Below are positions 20,517-30,943 of a stretch of DNA of 64,000 nt, piece after piece. A program made the position numbers and the translations under genes. A model generated the notes under the pieces. It did no database searches. It was not told the DNA's origin and saw only the letters and a program-made list of their open reading frames with translations. This DNA is from an uncultured Fibrobacterota bacterium (lineage in GTDB: Bacteria > Fibrobacterota > Chitinivibrionia > Chitinivibrionales > FEN-1185), in NCBI GenBank assembly GCA_963753345.1, contig CAVWBU010000027.1:224001-288000 (forward strand), given 5' to 3'. The first letter of the stretch is position 1. The number at the start of each line of letters is the position of its first letter.

Positions 20517-22314
20517 CAACGGTTTTGGTCCATTCCATGAGGATTTCAAGCGTCGACAGGTCGACGTTTTTCGTCTGGCTCGTCTTATCGAGAACGAAAT
20601 GAAAATGTCCCTTCTTGAGATTGAGCATTTCGAACACGGCCTCGCGGCCCTGCTGCGTCTGCGTCGCAGCATAGGAGAGGCGCCCCTGCTCAAAGTAGAT
20701 GAGGCCGAACGGCCTGTCGATCACCACGTACAGGCACCCCGTTTTTCTCCCGATCTCTATGAACTGCATTACCTCGATCAGGCTCCCTTGCCCGATTTCG
20801 CCGCCGAGGGCGGACGTCTCCACGCTCTTGCGAATCGCTTTTGTTCCGCTCTTTGACAAAATGATCGGGGTGACAAGCTTGAAAATATCCCTGTCGGAAA
20901 AGGCAAGGCCCAGAAAATGGGCGTTGGAAAAGGCGTCCGGTTTTCTCATCACCTCGGCGTCCGGAACGTTGTAGAAAATCACCAGGGTGTCCGTCGCGGA
21001 GCGTAGGCCCGTAAATATCGACTCCAGAAGGGGCAGCGCCCTGTTGTCGAGCTGCCAGTCCACCACGATGACGTCCGGTTCGTAATGCCCAAGCAGGTTC
21101 GCCGCGTGCTCGAACGACGACGTGCTTTGAATGTCAAACCCGATTTCCGAAAAGCACTTTGACATCGTGGTCGTGGCGTCGCTCAGCGAATACTGCATCT
21201 GCTTTTCCGATTTCGCAATGATCAGAAGGTCCTTCTTGACCGCGACCTTGCGCGCGGACTTGTTCCTCAGCGAAATGACGACCAGCACGATCACCAGCAC
21301 CAAGAGAATGACCGCCACGCCTCCCACCGAAGCGTACAGCACAATCCGGTGGATGTTCGTCACGGATGTAGGCGCGTCGACGATTCGTCCGTACCGGCGG
21401 TCGATCCAACCCGGGCTGTTTCCAAACTGAATCTTGCACCAGGAGGTTCCCGTGTACAGCAGCGGGTAACACTCGCTGTTGCGTGCGATGCCGAGAATAG
21501 GGGACTCCGGGCTCACCGAGGCCAGCACCTTTGCGGGGCTTTCGGTGATCTCAAAGTATTTTTGCTGCGCCTGCTGCTTCTGTTCTCCGGGCTGCGGCTG
21601 CGCGCCTGCTTTTTCCGCTGAAGATTTGGACGGTGATGCAGGCTTGCCGGAAACGCTCGCTGTCTCCGGCGGATACGCCGAGAGTTCTTTCGTCCCGGTA
21701 ATGGGCATCACGGAGGCTGGAGGAAGATCCACCGTCACATTTTGCTGCTTCCTCTGTTTGTGAGCGACTTTCTTCTGCGCCTGTTCACCGAAAGGTTCCT
21801 GTTTCTCTTCGTAACGCTGGGCGGCCGGCTCTGCTGAAGGTTGCGGCTTGACAATTGCCGGTACCGGATTCTGCTGGACTGCCTGGGGTTTCTGCGGCGT
21901 CGCGCCGGGAGCCTGTTGCGCTGCCAAGGGAGCTGCCGACGCCGGTGCCTGCTGGGATTGGATAGGCGGAGGCGCCGTGAAGGGGGCCTGTTTCGAAGGA
22001 ACTGAAGGTTGCGTCGGCTTTGCCTGCCGTGGCGGCGGGGGAGAACCGGCTGTCTCGGCAGGCTCGACGTTGGCCTGGAATATCCAGCCTATGCTGCCGT
22101 TGAATTCTACGTTGTACCACTCGCCGTTTTTTGAAAGGACTTTGAGATGGTCGCCTTTCCTGGCTATGCCCAGGGTTTTTGCGTCGCCATAGGGCATGAG
22201 AAGGACCCGAGCGACGTCCTTGCTTACCGTCACGGAACCGTTGTCAGCTCCATAGACCGAAAGAGCAAGGAATAAAAAGAGCGCGACTGCGCAGAAAAAG
22301 CGGGCATGCTTCAT
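20497..22314 (-). CDS. Membrane protein: two SH3b domains, Pro/Gln-rich linker, transmembrane helix, receiver-like domain, DUF4388
   Basis: WYNVEFNGSIGWI and WCKIQFGNSPGWI; TM helix; PDVIVVDWQL; LIEVMQFIEIGRKTGCL...GLIYFEQG. Confidence 0.8.
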   Translation of the reverse strand: MKHARFFCAVALFLFLALSVYGADNGSVTVSKDVARVLLMPYGDAKTLGIARKGDHLKVLSKNGEWYNVEFNGSIGWIFQANVEPAETAGSPPPPRQAKPTQPSVPSKQAPFTAPPPIQSQQAPASAAPLAAQQAPGATPQKPQAVQQNPVPAIVKPQPSAEPAAQRYEEKQEPFGEQAQKKVAHKQRKQQNVTVDLPPASVMPITGTKELSAYPPETASVSGKPASPSKSSAEKAGAQPQPGEQKQQAQQKYFEITESPAKVLASVSPESPILGIARNSECYPLLYTGTSWCKIQFGNSPGWIDRRYGRIVDAPTSVTNIHRIVLYASVGGVAVILLVLVIVLVVISLRNKSARKVAVKKDLLIIAKSEKQMQYSLSDATTTMSKCFSEIGFDIQSTSSFEHAANLLGHYEPDVIVVDWQLDNRALPLLESIFTGLRSATDTLVIFYNVPDAEVMRKPDAFSNAHFLGLAFSDRDIFKLVTPIILSKSGTKAIRKSVETSALGGEIGQGSLIEVMQFIEIGRKTGCLYVVIDRPFGLIYFEQGRLSYAATQTQQGREAVFEMLNLKKGHFHFVLDKTSQTKNVDLSTLEILMEWTKTVDEAHRH

Positions 22315-22323
22315 GGCGCGCGG

Positions 22324-22689
22324 TCATACTTCAACGGCTTTTTGTTTGTAAATGTACATCGACACTCCGACAAGCGTGCCCAGCAGCAGAATAACGAAAA
22401 CAAAGAACGTTCCAATCGGCAGATATTGCGGGTTGTTCACGACAACGCCCGCCTTCTCCTCGAGCCAGCCGACCTTGTCCTTTATCTTGATCTGATACCA
22501 TGCCTTTCCTTCGTAGACAAGCTCGAAATGGTCGCCCTTTTTCGCCACGACGATAACGTTTGATTTGGGATCAAGAAATTCATACACGTTGACAAAAGGA
22601 TTCTTTATTTCCACGTATTTCGTTGCGGCGTGGGAAACGGAAACCAGAAGGAAAAGAAAACTCAGAAGAGAAACTGTCAGCTGCTTCAT
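22324..22689 (-). CDS. Small SH3b-domain membrane-anchored protein
   Basis: Signal peptide; WYQIKIKDKVGWL; C-terminal TM helix. Confidence 0.75.
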   Translation of the reverse strand: MKQLTVSLLSFLFLLVSVSHAATKYVEIKNPFVNVYEFLDPKSNVIVVAKKGDHFELVYEGKAWYQIKIKDKVGWLEEKAGVVVNNPQYLPIGTFFVFVILLLGTLVGVSMYIYKQKAVEV

Positions 22690-22694
22690 GAAGG

Positions 22695-23762
22695 TTACCT
22701 CCTCTTTAGGATGGTTGATTGAACCGAATTGTTCAAATCTGCAAAGAAACGTTCTTGCGACGATTGGTCGGCAAAGGACAAACCTATTTTAAGATACCAA
22801 ATATCCCGGCGATTTACAAGCTTTATGGTATTCAATCTGAAGGCATCTTTTTCCGTCGTGATGATGCCGTCAAAGCCGCTCCCGCGCAATCGTTCGACCT
22901 CGTCTTTGGTGAAGGCGTGATGGTCGTCGAAGAATCGGGAAGCGCGGGCGCTTACTCCCATTGCCGCGAGCATGCTGGTGAACCGCTCCGGGCGCGCAAT
23001 CCCGGATAACAGCAGGGGGCTTGTGAGATTGAGTTGCGGGACGGTTTCACCGGTTTCAAGATTGCGCCATTCGGCCGGAACCTGATAGAGGATAACCGTG
23101 GGCTTGCCTGGAAAAATGGAAGAAAGCCGTTCAAGCGTGCGGGCGCATTCATCCGCTTCCTGGCGGGTTCCGATAACGCAAAGGCAATCAGCGCGTTTGC
23201 ACGCTGCAAGCGGCTCGCGAAGCGTGCCTGCCGGCAGCAGCTTGTCGGCAAACGGCGCGGGTGGAAGACAGACAATGTCGAAGGCCCTTTTCACCTGCCG
23301 GTGCTGAAAACCGTCATCGAGCACGAATACGGTATCGGGCGGAACTTCTTCGCAGAGTCGTCGCGCGCTTTCGCGCCTGTCAGGAGAAATTCCAAGCCAC
23401 GACTGCGGCAGCGCATGGTGCAGCAGTGCCGGTTCGTCTCCCACAAACTCCCAGGAAACTTCCGCGCCTGGTTTAGAAATGACCATACGGCTATCCGACC
23501 TTCCGTAGCCCCGGCTCAAAAAGGCAACACAACGCCCCTTCCCGGCGAAATGCCTGCCCACCAGCAGCGACACAGGCGTCTTGCCCGTGCCTCCTGCATG
23601 AATCGCGCCCACGCTTACGACAGGGCGACCGATCTCATGGGAGAGCGCCGGCACGTTGTCGTAGAGGAAGTTTCGCAGCGACACACCGCTTGTGAAGATT
23701 GACGACAGGATTAGTGGAACCATTCCGTCGCCAAGAGGTTGTCGGGGAATTGTGAGTGACAT
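22695..23762 (-). CDS. lpxK: Tetraacyldisaccharide 4'-kinase (start approximate)
   Basis: GGTGKTP; SRGYG; GDEP; LDDGFQH; GTLREP; TTEKDA. Confidence 0.95.
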   Translation of the reverse strand: MSLTIPRQPLGDGMVPLILSSIFTSGVSLRNFLYDNVPALSHEIGRPVVSVGAIHAGGTGKTPVSLLVGRHFAGKGRCVAFLSRGYGRSDSRMVISKPGAEVSWEFVGDEPALLHHALPQSWLGISPDRRESARRLCEEVPPDTVFVLDDGFQHRQVKRAFDIVCLPPAPFADKLLPAGTLREPLAACKRADCLCVIGTRQEADECARTLERLSSIFPGKPTVILYQVPAEWRNLETGETVPQLNLTSPLLLSGIARPERFTSMLAAMGVSARASRFFDDHHAFTKDEVERLRGSGFDGIITTEKDAFRLNTIKLVNRRDIWYLKIGLSFADQSSQERFFADLNNSVQSTILKRR

Positions 23763-23875
23763 ATTCGTTTGGCGCTGTGCAGATGAAAATGTGATCGGCG
23801 TGCAATCATTAAACAATACAAAAATATGTGATGAACAGGTCGGCAGGTCTGTGGACCGCGGAGTGTTTACCCTGT

Positions 23876-24781
23876 TCAGGCTTTGGCCATCACAATTCGC
23901 GTCCTGCCTGCAAGATCAGGGAAAGTCCTGATACTATTCCACCCATGACCGGCCAGGAGCCTGGAAACTTTTTCTTCCTGCGATGCTCCTATCTCGCAAT
24001 AGAACCTGCCTCCGGGAATAAGAACGTTTTTCGCTTGGGTCGCGAGCAATTCGTAAAAATCAAGTCCGTCCTCACCGCCCGCCAGGGCGACAAGGGGCTC
24101 AAAAAGCCTCACGCTTTCATCAAGTTTTTGCATTTCATCGTCGGAAACATACGGAGGATTGCTCACGACAAAATCAAATTTGTGCCTTGATTTGTCATCA
24201 TTACTTGATGTGCCGCCGACCATAGAGCGGGGAGATGCGGTGGTGCTTACCGCACTCAGGTTCTTGACAGCCGAAAACATATCGCAGCACAACATATTCA
24301 CTCGTGCCTTGGGGCAATTATTTCTCGCAATGCGCAATGCCGCTAGGGAACAGTCTGTCGCGATTCCATGCCATTGCGGCCTGCGACTGACAAGTGCCGC
24401 ACTTATTGCCCCGCTGCCCGTGCATAAATCGATAAACCGACATGGTTGTGAATGCTCATGTGCGAGTATTGTTTCGACCAGTATTTCTGTCTCGGCACGC
24501 GGAATCAGGACATCGGGCGTAACCACAAGATCAACTGAATGAAAATGTGTAACACCGAGCACATAGGGGAGCGGTTCGCCGGTGAGCCGTTGCCTGATTA
24601 AATTCTCTATGGAGGCATTTTCCCGTTCGCTCGTTTTTCTTGCCGAAAGGTACAGTTCGCTCCTGGTGCATTGCAGGACATGCTGAAGTATCTCTTCCGC
24701 TTCCGGCAAGGAAGTGTCACCGGCAACAGGTGCAAGCTTGTCCCTTGCGGAACGGAGCAGTGTGAGAAGGTCTGCGGCCAT
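23876..24781 (-). CDS. prmC: Release factor glutamine methyltransferase
   Basis: VLIPRAETE; DLCTGSG; SNPPY; GGEDGLDFY; adjacent to prfA. Confidence 0.95.
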   Translation of the reverse strand: MAADLLTLLRSARDKLAPVAGDTSLPEAEEILQHVLQCTRSELYLSARKTSERENASIENLIRQRLTGEPLPYVLGVTHFHSVDLVVTPDVLIPRAETEILVETILAHEHSQPCRFIDLCTGSGAISAALVSRRPQWHGIATDCSLAALRIARNNCPKARVNMLCCDMFSAVKNLSAVSTTASPRSMVGGTSSNDDKSRHKFDFVVSNPPYVSDDEMQKLDESVRLFEPLVALAGGEDGLDFYELLATQAKNVLIPGGRFYCEIGASQEEKVSRLLAGHGWNSIRTFPDLAGRTRIVMAKA

Positions 24782-24841
24782 TATGTGACAGTGGGTGAGG
24801 CAGGAAACAGTTACGACGTTCCCGATAGTCGAATCCGTTCG

Positions 24842-25885
24842 TCAAGGTCCGCTGCAGCCGAGCGCGTCGACGACCTCCTGCAGGTCGCCGTTCATGACTG
24901 CGTCAAGTTTGTAGAGCGTCAAGTTGATTCTGTGATCGCTCAGGCGGTTCTGCGGGAAGTTATAGGTTCGGATTTTTTCGCTCCTGTCGCCGGAGCCGAC
25001 CATGCTCTTGCGGTTCGCGGATTCCGCGGCCTGTTTTTGAGACGTACGCAAATCAAACAGCCGTGAGGACAGGATCTTCATGGCACGTGCCTTGTTCTTG
25101 TGCTGCGACTTTTCATCCTGGCATATTACGGTAAGGCCCGTCGGAAGGTGCACGATTCTCACCGCGGATTCCGTCTTGTTCACGTGCTGGCCGCCCTTGC
25201 CGCCGGCCCGGAAAACGTCAATCCGGATTTCAGACGGGTCGATATTCACTTCGACGTCGTCCGCCTCGGGGAAAACCGCCACCGAAGCGGCTGAGGTGTG
25301 AATGCGCCCCTGCGCTTCGGTCTGCGGCACGCGCTGAACACGGTGAACGCCGGATTCATACTTGAAAGCGCCGTATGCTTCCTCGCCTTTGACAAGAAAA
25401 ATAATCTCCTTGACTGCGCCGATATCGCCGTAGCTGGAGCTGAAGACTTCAATGGCCCACCCTTTATTTTCAATATAATGAGTGTACATTCTGTAAAGAT
25501 CGGCTGCAAAAATCCCCGCCTCGATTCCCCCCGTGCCGGCCCGGATCTCCACAAGCGCATTCTTGAAATCGTTTGGGTCTTTGGGCACGAGGTAGTACTT
25601 GATTTTCTGCTCGATTTTCGGAATGTCCATTCCGATCCGTTCGTTTTCTTCCTTCGCGAGCTGCCGCAACTCGGGGTCGGTCTCGGTTGCGAGCAATTCA
25701 ATGTTCGCGGCAATGGCCTCCACCAAGGCAAGATACCTCTGGTATTCCGGCATGTTCCGCTTAAGAACATTGTATTCCCTGCCCAGTTTTTCGAGCAGGC
25801 CAGGATTGGACGAAACGGCAGCGGAGGCGAGTTCCTCTTCGAGCGCTTTCTGGCGTGAGATAAGCTCCCGGATTCTTTCGATCAT
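24842..25885 (-). CDS. prfA: Peptide chain release factor 1
   Basis: [22 protein letters not shown] (PxT); [15 protein letters not shown]. Confidence 0.97.
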   Translation of the reverse strand: MIERIRELISRQKALEEELASAAVSSNPGLLEKLGREYNVLKRNMPEYQRYLALVEAIAANIELLATETDPELRQLAKEENERIGMDIPKIEQKIKYYLVPKDPNDFKNALVEIRAGTGGIEAGIFAADLYRMYTHYIENKGWAIEVFSSSYGDIGAVKEIIFLVKGEEAYGAFKYESGVHRVQRVPQTEAQGRIHTSAASVAVFPEADDVEVNIDPSEIRIDVFRAGGKGGQHVNKTESAVRIVHLPTGLTVICQDEKSQHKNKARAMKILSSRLFDLRTSQKQAAESANRKSMVGSGDRSEKIRTYNFPQNRLSDHRINLTLYKLDAVMNGDLQEVVDALGCSGP

Positions 25886-26781
25886 AGGGATGCCTTGAGC
25901 GCGGCGGAAGCAACACCGAGCTGTTCGTCGCTCGGCTGTCTGGTGGTGATCTTCTGAAGCCACAGCCCCGGCATGATAAGCAACTTTACAGGCAAGAAAT
26001 GCTGGAACCGGTCGGAGAATCTGAGGACTTCGTAGGAGGACCCTGCCACAAGGGGCAGAAGCGCCAGGTGAACGCAGAGCCGTGCAAGCACATTTGGGTA
26101 GGGGCCTGCGAACGATACGACAATGGTGTCGATAACGGAAAAGAGAACAATGCAAATCATCGCGACAAGAAGCAGAAAACTGGTGCCGCAACGCGGATGC
26201 AATGTGGAATAACCGCGCATGTTTTCCAATGTCAATTCCTTGCCGTCCTCGAAGGCGAAGATTGCCTTGTGCTCGGCCCCGTGATATTCGAAAACTCGTC
26301 GGATGTCCTTCCAGAGGCTGATAGCAGCCAGATAGGCGAGAAACAGGGCTATGCGAATGGCGCCGGCGGCACCATTGAACGCCAGGGACGAATCTTTGAA
26401 GAATGCCTGCGAAATGAGCATCGGAAGATACATGAACAGACCAAGACAGACAACGAGGGCGATAAAAAGACTTGCAAGGAATGCACCCCGGTCAGAAGGT
26501 TCGATTTTCTGTCCGCTTTCGCGGCGTTCGCCGGAAGCGATTTGGGCCGAACGTGCGAGCGCTGCGTATCCGATTTTTAAAGATTCGTAGACACTTATTG
26601 CACCCCTCACGATGGGCACTGCGAGGAAGCGATGTCTCTTGAGAAGCGAAATAAAAGGCAGCCGCTCGATTATTGTTTCGCCGCTGGGATTTTTAACGGC
26701 CCATGAGATACGATGCTTACTTCGAATCATTACGCCTTCAATAACGGCCTGACCGCCGACCCTGGTTTTCTTTGCGACCAT
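25882..26781 (-). CDS. DUF1385 family membrane protein
   Basis: [26 protein letters not shown]; typical rpmE-DUF1385-prfA-prmC context. Confidence 0.92.
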   Translation of the reverse strand: MVAKKTRVGGQAVIEGVMIRSKHRISWAVKNPSGETIIERLPFISLLKRHRFLAVPIVRGAISVYESLKIGYAALARSAQIASGERRESGQKIEPSDRGAFLASLFIALVVCLGLFMYLPMLISQAFFKDSSLAFNGAAGAIRIALFLAYLAAISLWKDIRRVFEYHGAEHKAIFAFEDGKELTLENMRGYSTLHPRCGTSFLLLVAMICIVLFSVIDTIVVSFAGPYPNVLARLCVHLALLPLVAGSSYEVLRFSDRFQHFLPVKLLIMPGLWLQKITTRQPSDEQLGVASAALKASL

Positions 26782-26857
26782 TGAGGCAAGTAAATGGGGA
26801 AGAAGAGCGGTTGCGAAAAGAAAAGGATTTCTTTTCATCGTTAACAGCCTTTGCGGT

Positions 26858-26900
26858 AAAAAGAAACGGGCAGGAAAGGAAAATGCCTTTCTGCCCGTTT
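26858..26900 (-). terminator. Probable intrinsic terminator downstream of rpmE
   Basis: Stem AAACGGGCAG..CTGCCCGTTT followed by a T-run on the minus strand. Confidence 0.6.
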
Positions 26901-26917
26901 GTACACCATGCGAGGAA

Positions 26918-27130
26918 CTACGATTCCTTTTTTACTCCAGCATACCTTTTCTGGAACCGTTCAACACGTCCGGCACTGTCGATAAGCTTCTGTTTGCCGG
27001 TGTAGAATGGATGACACTTATTGCAAATGTCGATGTGCGTGCTCTTAATGGTAGATCTTGTTTCAATTATGTTTCCACATGAGCAGGTGAACGTTGCAGG
27101 CTCGTACTTTGGATGGATTTTTTCCTTCAC
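26918..27130 (-). CDS. rpmE: 50S ribosomal protein L31 (zinc-binding type)
   Basis: GTG start with [30 protein letters not shown]. Confidence 0.97.
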   Translation of the reverse strand: MKEKIHPKYEPATFTCSCGNIIETRSTIKSTHIDICNKCHPFYTGKQKLIDSAGRVERFQKRYAGVKKES

Positions 27131-27381
27131 GTGATTCCTCCGAAACAAGGTTCGACTATGCTATTTTGACAATAAAATAGTTCAGGGACTGGGAAGCTGT
27201 CAAATAGAGTATTCCGTTCAACACAGTTTCATGGCGAGTGGGGGAAAAGAGGTTGTGATTTTCGAAATCGTGAACGTTGAAAATGAAGTTCAAATCCTAG
27301 ATGGCATAGTTTACATAATATATATTATGCGTCATTAGTTATCATTTTACTTCCTCAGAGCTGTGCCACTCAACATCAACC

Positions 27382-27918
27382 TCAGTATTCAATTCCCCTT
27401 CTTGCGACAACGCCAGAGCTGTAATAGTGCCGAATTTCCTTCATTTCAGTAACCAAATCAGCCATTTTTATAATTGCGGGTGGAGCATTTCGTCCAGTCA
27501 AAACAATTTCAACTTCTTTGGGTTTACCCGCAAGGAGCATTTGCACCAATCTTATGTCTATAATTTTTAGTGAAATAGCACAGCATAACTCATCAAGAAT
27601 AACAAGATCATATTTTCCACTGAGAACAGCCTTTCTTGATGCGTCGAGTCCTTTTGCAGCAAATTCAATATCCTTGCGCGATGGACATTCTTTTACGAAG
27701 CGTCCTGACCCGAACTGTCGTACCGTGATGCATCTGCCTAACCTTGCAAGCGAGCGAAGCTCCGAACATTTGGCGGCCTTGAGAAACTGCGCCATAAAAA
27801 CCCTCAGACCTCCACCGGCAGCTCTTACTGCCAGACCAATGGCCGCAGTGGTCTTACCCTTTCCGTTGCCGGTATAAACGTGCACGAATCCCCTTTCCAG
27901 TCGCCGCTTCTTCCCCAT
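27382..27918 (-). CDS. cobO: Cob(I)alamin adenosyltransferase CobO/BtuR
   Basis: VYTGNGKGKTTAA; QFLK; ILDE; LTGR; ADLVTEM; ARRGIEY. Confidence 0.95.
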   Translation of the reverse strand: MGKKRRLERGFVHVYTGNGKGKTTAAIGLAVRAAGGGLRVFMAQFLKAAKCSELRSLARLGRCITVRQFGSGRFVKECPSRKDIEFAAKGLDASRKAVLSGKYDLVILDELCCAISLKIIDIRLVQMLLAGKPKEVEIVLTGRNAPPAIIKMADLVTEMKEIRHYYSSGVVARRGIEY

Positions 27919-27971
27919 TTATTTCCCCATTGTTAATGCAAGTCTTCCGACCGCCCGCGCCATGCCCCAGA

Positions 27972-29108
27972 TTATCCGCTCGTCTTTCTGATCCGCTTCA
28001 CGACTCTTTCCAGAATGTCAACGGCGGTCCGAACCTCATCAGCCGTATTTTCTCTTCCCAGCGAGAATCGCACGGCGCACACGGCGTCTGCCTTCCTTCT
28101 ACCGATGGCCAACAGTGTCCGTGACGCGCTTATCGAACCTGACGAACAAGCGGCTCCGCCCGAAGCGCAGATTCCTTCCTGGTCAAGCGAGCCCAGCAGC
28201 GATTCTGTTTCAGCTCCCGGAATGCAGAGATTGAGCGTGCCCGGAATTCTCTTGTCAGAATGACCATTTCGCAATACGTTCTCGATTTTTCCCGTGATTT
28301 CCCGGAACATCAGTTCCGTGAGATCGAAGAGTCTTTTTGCCTCTGATTCCATTGTCTGGTGCGAAATCTCAGCTGCCTGGACGAATCCGAGGATAGCAGG
28401 AAGATTTTCGGTACCTGTTCGTAGGTGACGCTCCTGGCTCCCGCCGAATGTTCTCGGATTGATGGTTGTTCCCTGCCGAATAAACAATGCGCCGCACCCT
28501 TTTGGCCCATAGATTTTATGCGATGAAATGGACATGAGCGAAACAAGACTTTTCCGCATGTCCAGCGGCACTTTTCCGAACGCCTGTACTGCATCGCTAT
28601 GGAAAACAATCTTTCGCTCATTCAGAACAGCACCAATTTCCGATATTGGCTGGATGGTTCCGATTTCATTGTTCGCATACATGACAGAGACCAGCCGCGT
28701 ATCCGCGGTCAGCCGCTTTACAAGCTCAGCCTGTTCAATCACTCCATCACTTCCAACAGGAATTTCCCTTACAACGAAACCATGAGGCGCAAGGGAATGC
28801 GCGGCATCATGCACTGCCGGATGCTCAATCGATGAGATAAGTACTTCTCCGCTTTTGTGGCGTTCAATTGCTCCGAGGATTGCAAGATTGTCTGCCTCAG
28901 TGCCGCCCGATGTGAAGAAAATCTCCTTTGCGGATGCGCCAATGAGCGCGGCCAGCCGTTCGCGCGCCTGTTCGAGCAGCGCAAACGCCTTTCTGCCCAT
29001 TGCATGGGTTGATGATGCATTTCCCCAATATTCCTGCATTGCTTTACGGACAACGTCCTGAACCTCGGGAAGGATCGGCGTTGTGGCGTTGTGATCGAGA
29101 TAAATCAT
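27972..29108 (-). CDS. Cysteine desulfurase (IscS/NifS family)
   Basis: IYLDHNATT; FTSGGTE; SSHKIYGPKG; SGGAACSSG. Confidence 0.95.
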   Translation of the reverse strand: MIYLDHNATTPILPEVQDVVRKAMQEYWGNASSTHAMGRKAFALLEQARERLAALIGASAKEIFFTSGGTEADNLAILGAIERHKSGEVLISSIEHPAVHDAAHSLAPHGFVVREIPVGSDGVIEQAELVKRLTADTRLVSVMYANNEIGTIQPISEIGAVLNERKIVFHSDAVQAFGKVPLDMRKSLVSLMSISSHKIYGPKGCGALFIRQGTTINPRTFGGSQERHLRTGTENLPAILGFVQAAEISHQTMESEAKRLFDLTELMFREITGKIENVLRNGHSDKRIPGTLNLCIPGAETESLLGSLDQEGICASGGAACSSGSISASRTLLAIGRRKADAVCAVRFSLGRENTADEVRTAVDILERVVKRIRKTSG

Positions 29109-29150
29109 GAGGGGAAAATAGCAGTTGGGATTGCAGAAACAGCGCAAAAA

Positions 29151-30146
29151 CTAGTCCAGACTTATTCCACGCGCCTTCCTGACAAACAGTAACCACAGGA
29201 AAAACGGTCCACCGAGCATTGCCGTGATGACGCCGACGGGCATTTCGGCAGGGGCAACCACGACCCTTGCAACCGTGTCGCACAAAACCAGAAAAATGCC
29301 GCCCGCCAGAAATGAGGCGGGGCCGAGAATAATGTGCCTTGCCCGAAACAGCATTCTGCAAATGTGCGGAATAATGAGGCCCACAAACCCAATGGGGCCG
29401 CACACGGCCACGATGCTTCCCACAATGAGTGTTGCGGCAAGGAGAAGCAGGTTCTTGGTTCCGGCAACGGCCACGCCCCTGCTTGCCGCCAGATCATCGC
29501 CGGTGAGCAGGTGATCCAGTTCGGGAAGTTTGACGGCCAGAAGAGCAATGCCGGTTCCGGCAAACACCAGCATGGTGAGGACCTGCCTGTACCCGAACAC
29601 TTCGATGCCGCCCATCAGCCACCGCACAATCTGAAAGGAATCCCGGAGCGAACTCAGGTATTGCATGAACATGAGCACGCTGGAGAAAAGGAAGCTGATT
29701 GCAATACCGGCAAGGAGCATGGTAAGGCTTGTAGTCGTGCGCAGCATATTTGACAAGAGGTACACGCATGCGATGGAGGCCGCCGCACCGGCGAATGCCC
29801 CCAGGGATATTAATGGAATCCCTGCGATCGCGCCTGAAAGTCCCAGGAGGATGGTTGCGGCGGCCCCGCAGGATGCGCCGCTTGATATCCCGAGCGTGAA
29901 AGGATCTGCAAGCGCATTGCGGAACATTGCCTGAAACATCATGCCGCACAGGGCAAGGCCCGAACCGGCTATGAATGCCGCCAGGACCCGTGGAACCCTC
30001 AGCGTCCAGAAAACGGTTGCCTGCAAATTCTTTCCAAAGACGTCTGCAGGCGAGATAAACTCCATGCCTGCAAAAGGGGCAGCCGCCACCACGGCAATTG
30101 CAAGAATGAAAAGCAGCGCGATAGAAGCGGCGCCTGATTTACCCAT
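29151..30146 (-). CDS. btuC: Cobalamin/iron-siderophore ABC permease (BtuC/FecCD family)
   Basis: LRVPR; FRNALADPFTLGISSGA; GPIGFVGLIIPH; B12 riboswitch operon. Confidence 0.88.
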   Translation of the reverse strand: MGKSGAASIALLFILAIAVVAAAPFAGMEFISPADVFGKNLQATVFWTLRVPRVLAAFIAGSGLALCGMMFQAMFRNALADPFTLGISSGASCGAAATILLGLSGAIAGIPLISLGAFAGAAASIACVYLLSNMLRTTTSLTMLLAGIAISFLFSSVLMFMQYLSSLRDSFQIVRWLMGGIEVFGYRQVLTMLVFAGTGIALLAVKLPELDHLLTGDDLAASRGVAVAGTKNLLLLAATLIVGSIVAVCGPIGFVGLIIPHICRMLFRARHIILGPASFLAGGIFLVLCDTVARVVVAPAEMPVGVITAMLGGPFFLWLLFVRKARGISLD

Positions 30147-30943
30147 CAGTCAACCTCGCTTGAAATCATGACCGAACGGCCGGAATTTTCCACCGTTGCC
30201 CGTGCGAAGGTAACATTGAAAATTTCATCGAGCAGGTGCGGGCAGCGATTCCGGAAATCCGAAACCGGTCCGGCATAGAAAACCTTTCCTTCAACCAGCG
30301 CCAACACATTGGAAAACCCCGTCATTGCAGCATTGACATCGTGCGTTATGGTAAGTATGGCAGTTCCATGTTCATCGTGAATCCGCGACAGGCTTTTTGC
30401 AACGAGTTGCTGATGCTGTGGGTCGAGAAACGTGGCCGGCTCATCCAGAAGCAGGATTCTTCCTTGCTGCGCCACTGCTCCGGCGAGAAATACCCTTTGC
30501 AATTCGCCGCCCGACAGCGTGGTGAGAAGACGGTCGCGCAAGTCCTGAACATCGGCAAGATCCAGCGCCGCTGAAACGATTCGAATGTCCTCGGAAGTGG
30601 GAATCGCCATGAATCCCTGGTACGGAAAACGGCCGAGCATGACGAACTCTTTTGCCGTGTATGCCGGAACGCCGCGGCTTGCCGCCTGCGGAACGTATGA
30701 AATTATTCTGGCCCGTTCCCGTGGTTTGATCTGCCCCGCATCTTCGCCGTTTATGAGCACGGTCCCGCGAGGGACCGGCAGAAGACCGGCAAGGCATTTC
30801 ACCAGCGTCGACTTGCCCGTGCCGTTTTTGCCGATAACAGACCAGGTGTCGCCGTTGGCAATGGAAAACGAAACGTCTGAAAGAACCGTTTTTTCTCCGT
30901 ACGAAAACGACAGATTGCGAATATCAATAAGTGATGGGCTCAT
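30146..30943 (-). CDS. btuD: Cobalamin/iron ABC transporter ATPase (BtuD-like)
   Basis: GKNGTGKST; LSGGELQR; LLLDEP. Confidence 0.88.
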   Translation of the reverse strand: MSPSLIDIRNLSFSYGEKTVLSDVSFSIANGDTWSVIGKNGTGKSTLVKCLAGLLPVPRGTVLINGEDAGQIKPRERARIISYVPQAASRGVPAYTAKEFVMLGRFPYQGFMAIPTSEDIRIVSAALDLADVQDLRDRLLTTLSGGELQRVFLAGAVAQQGRILLLDEPATFLDPQHQQLVAKSLSRIHDEHGTAILTITHDVNAAMTGFSNVLALVEGKVFYAGPVSDFRNRCPHLLDEIFNVTFARATVENSGRSVMISSEVD

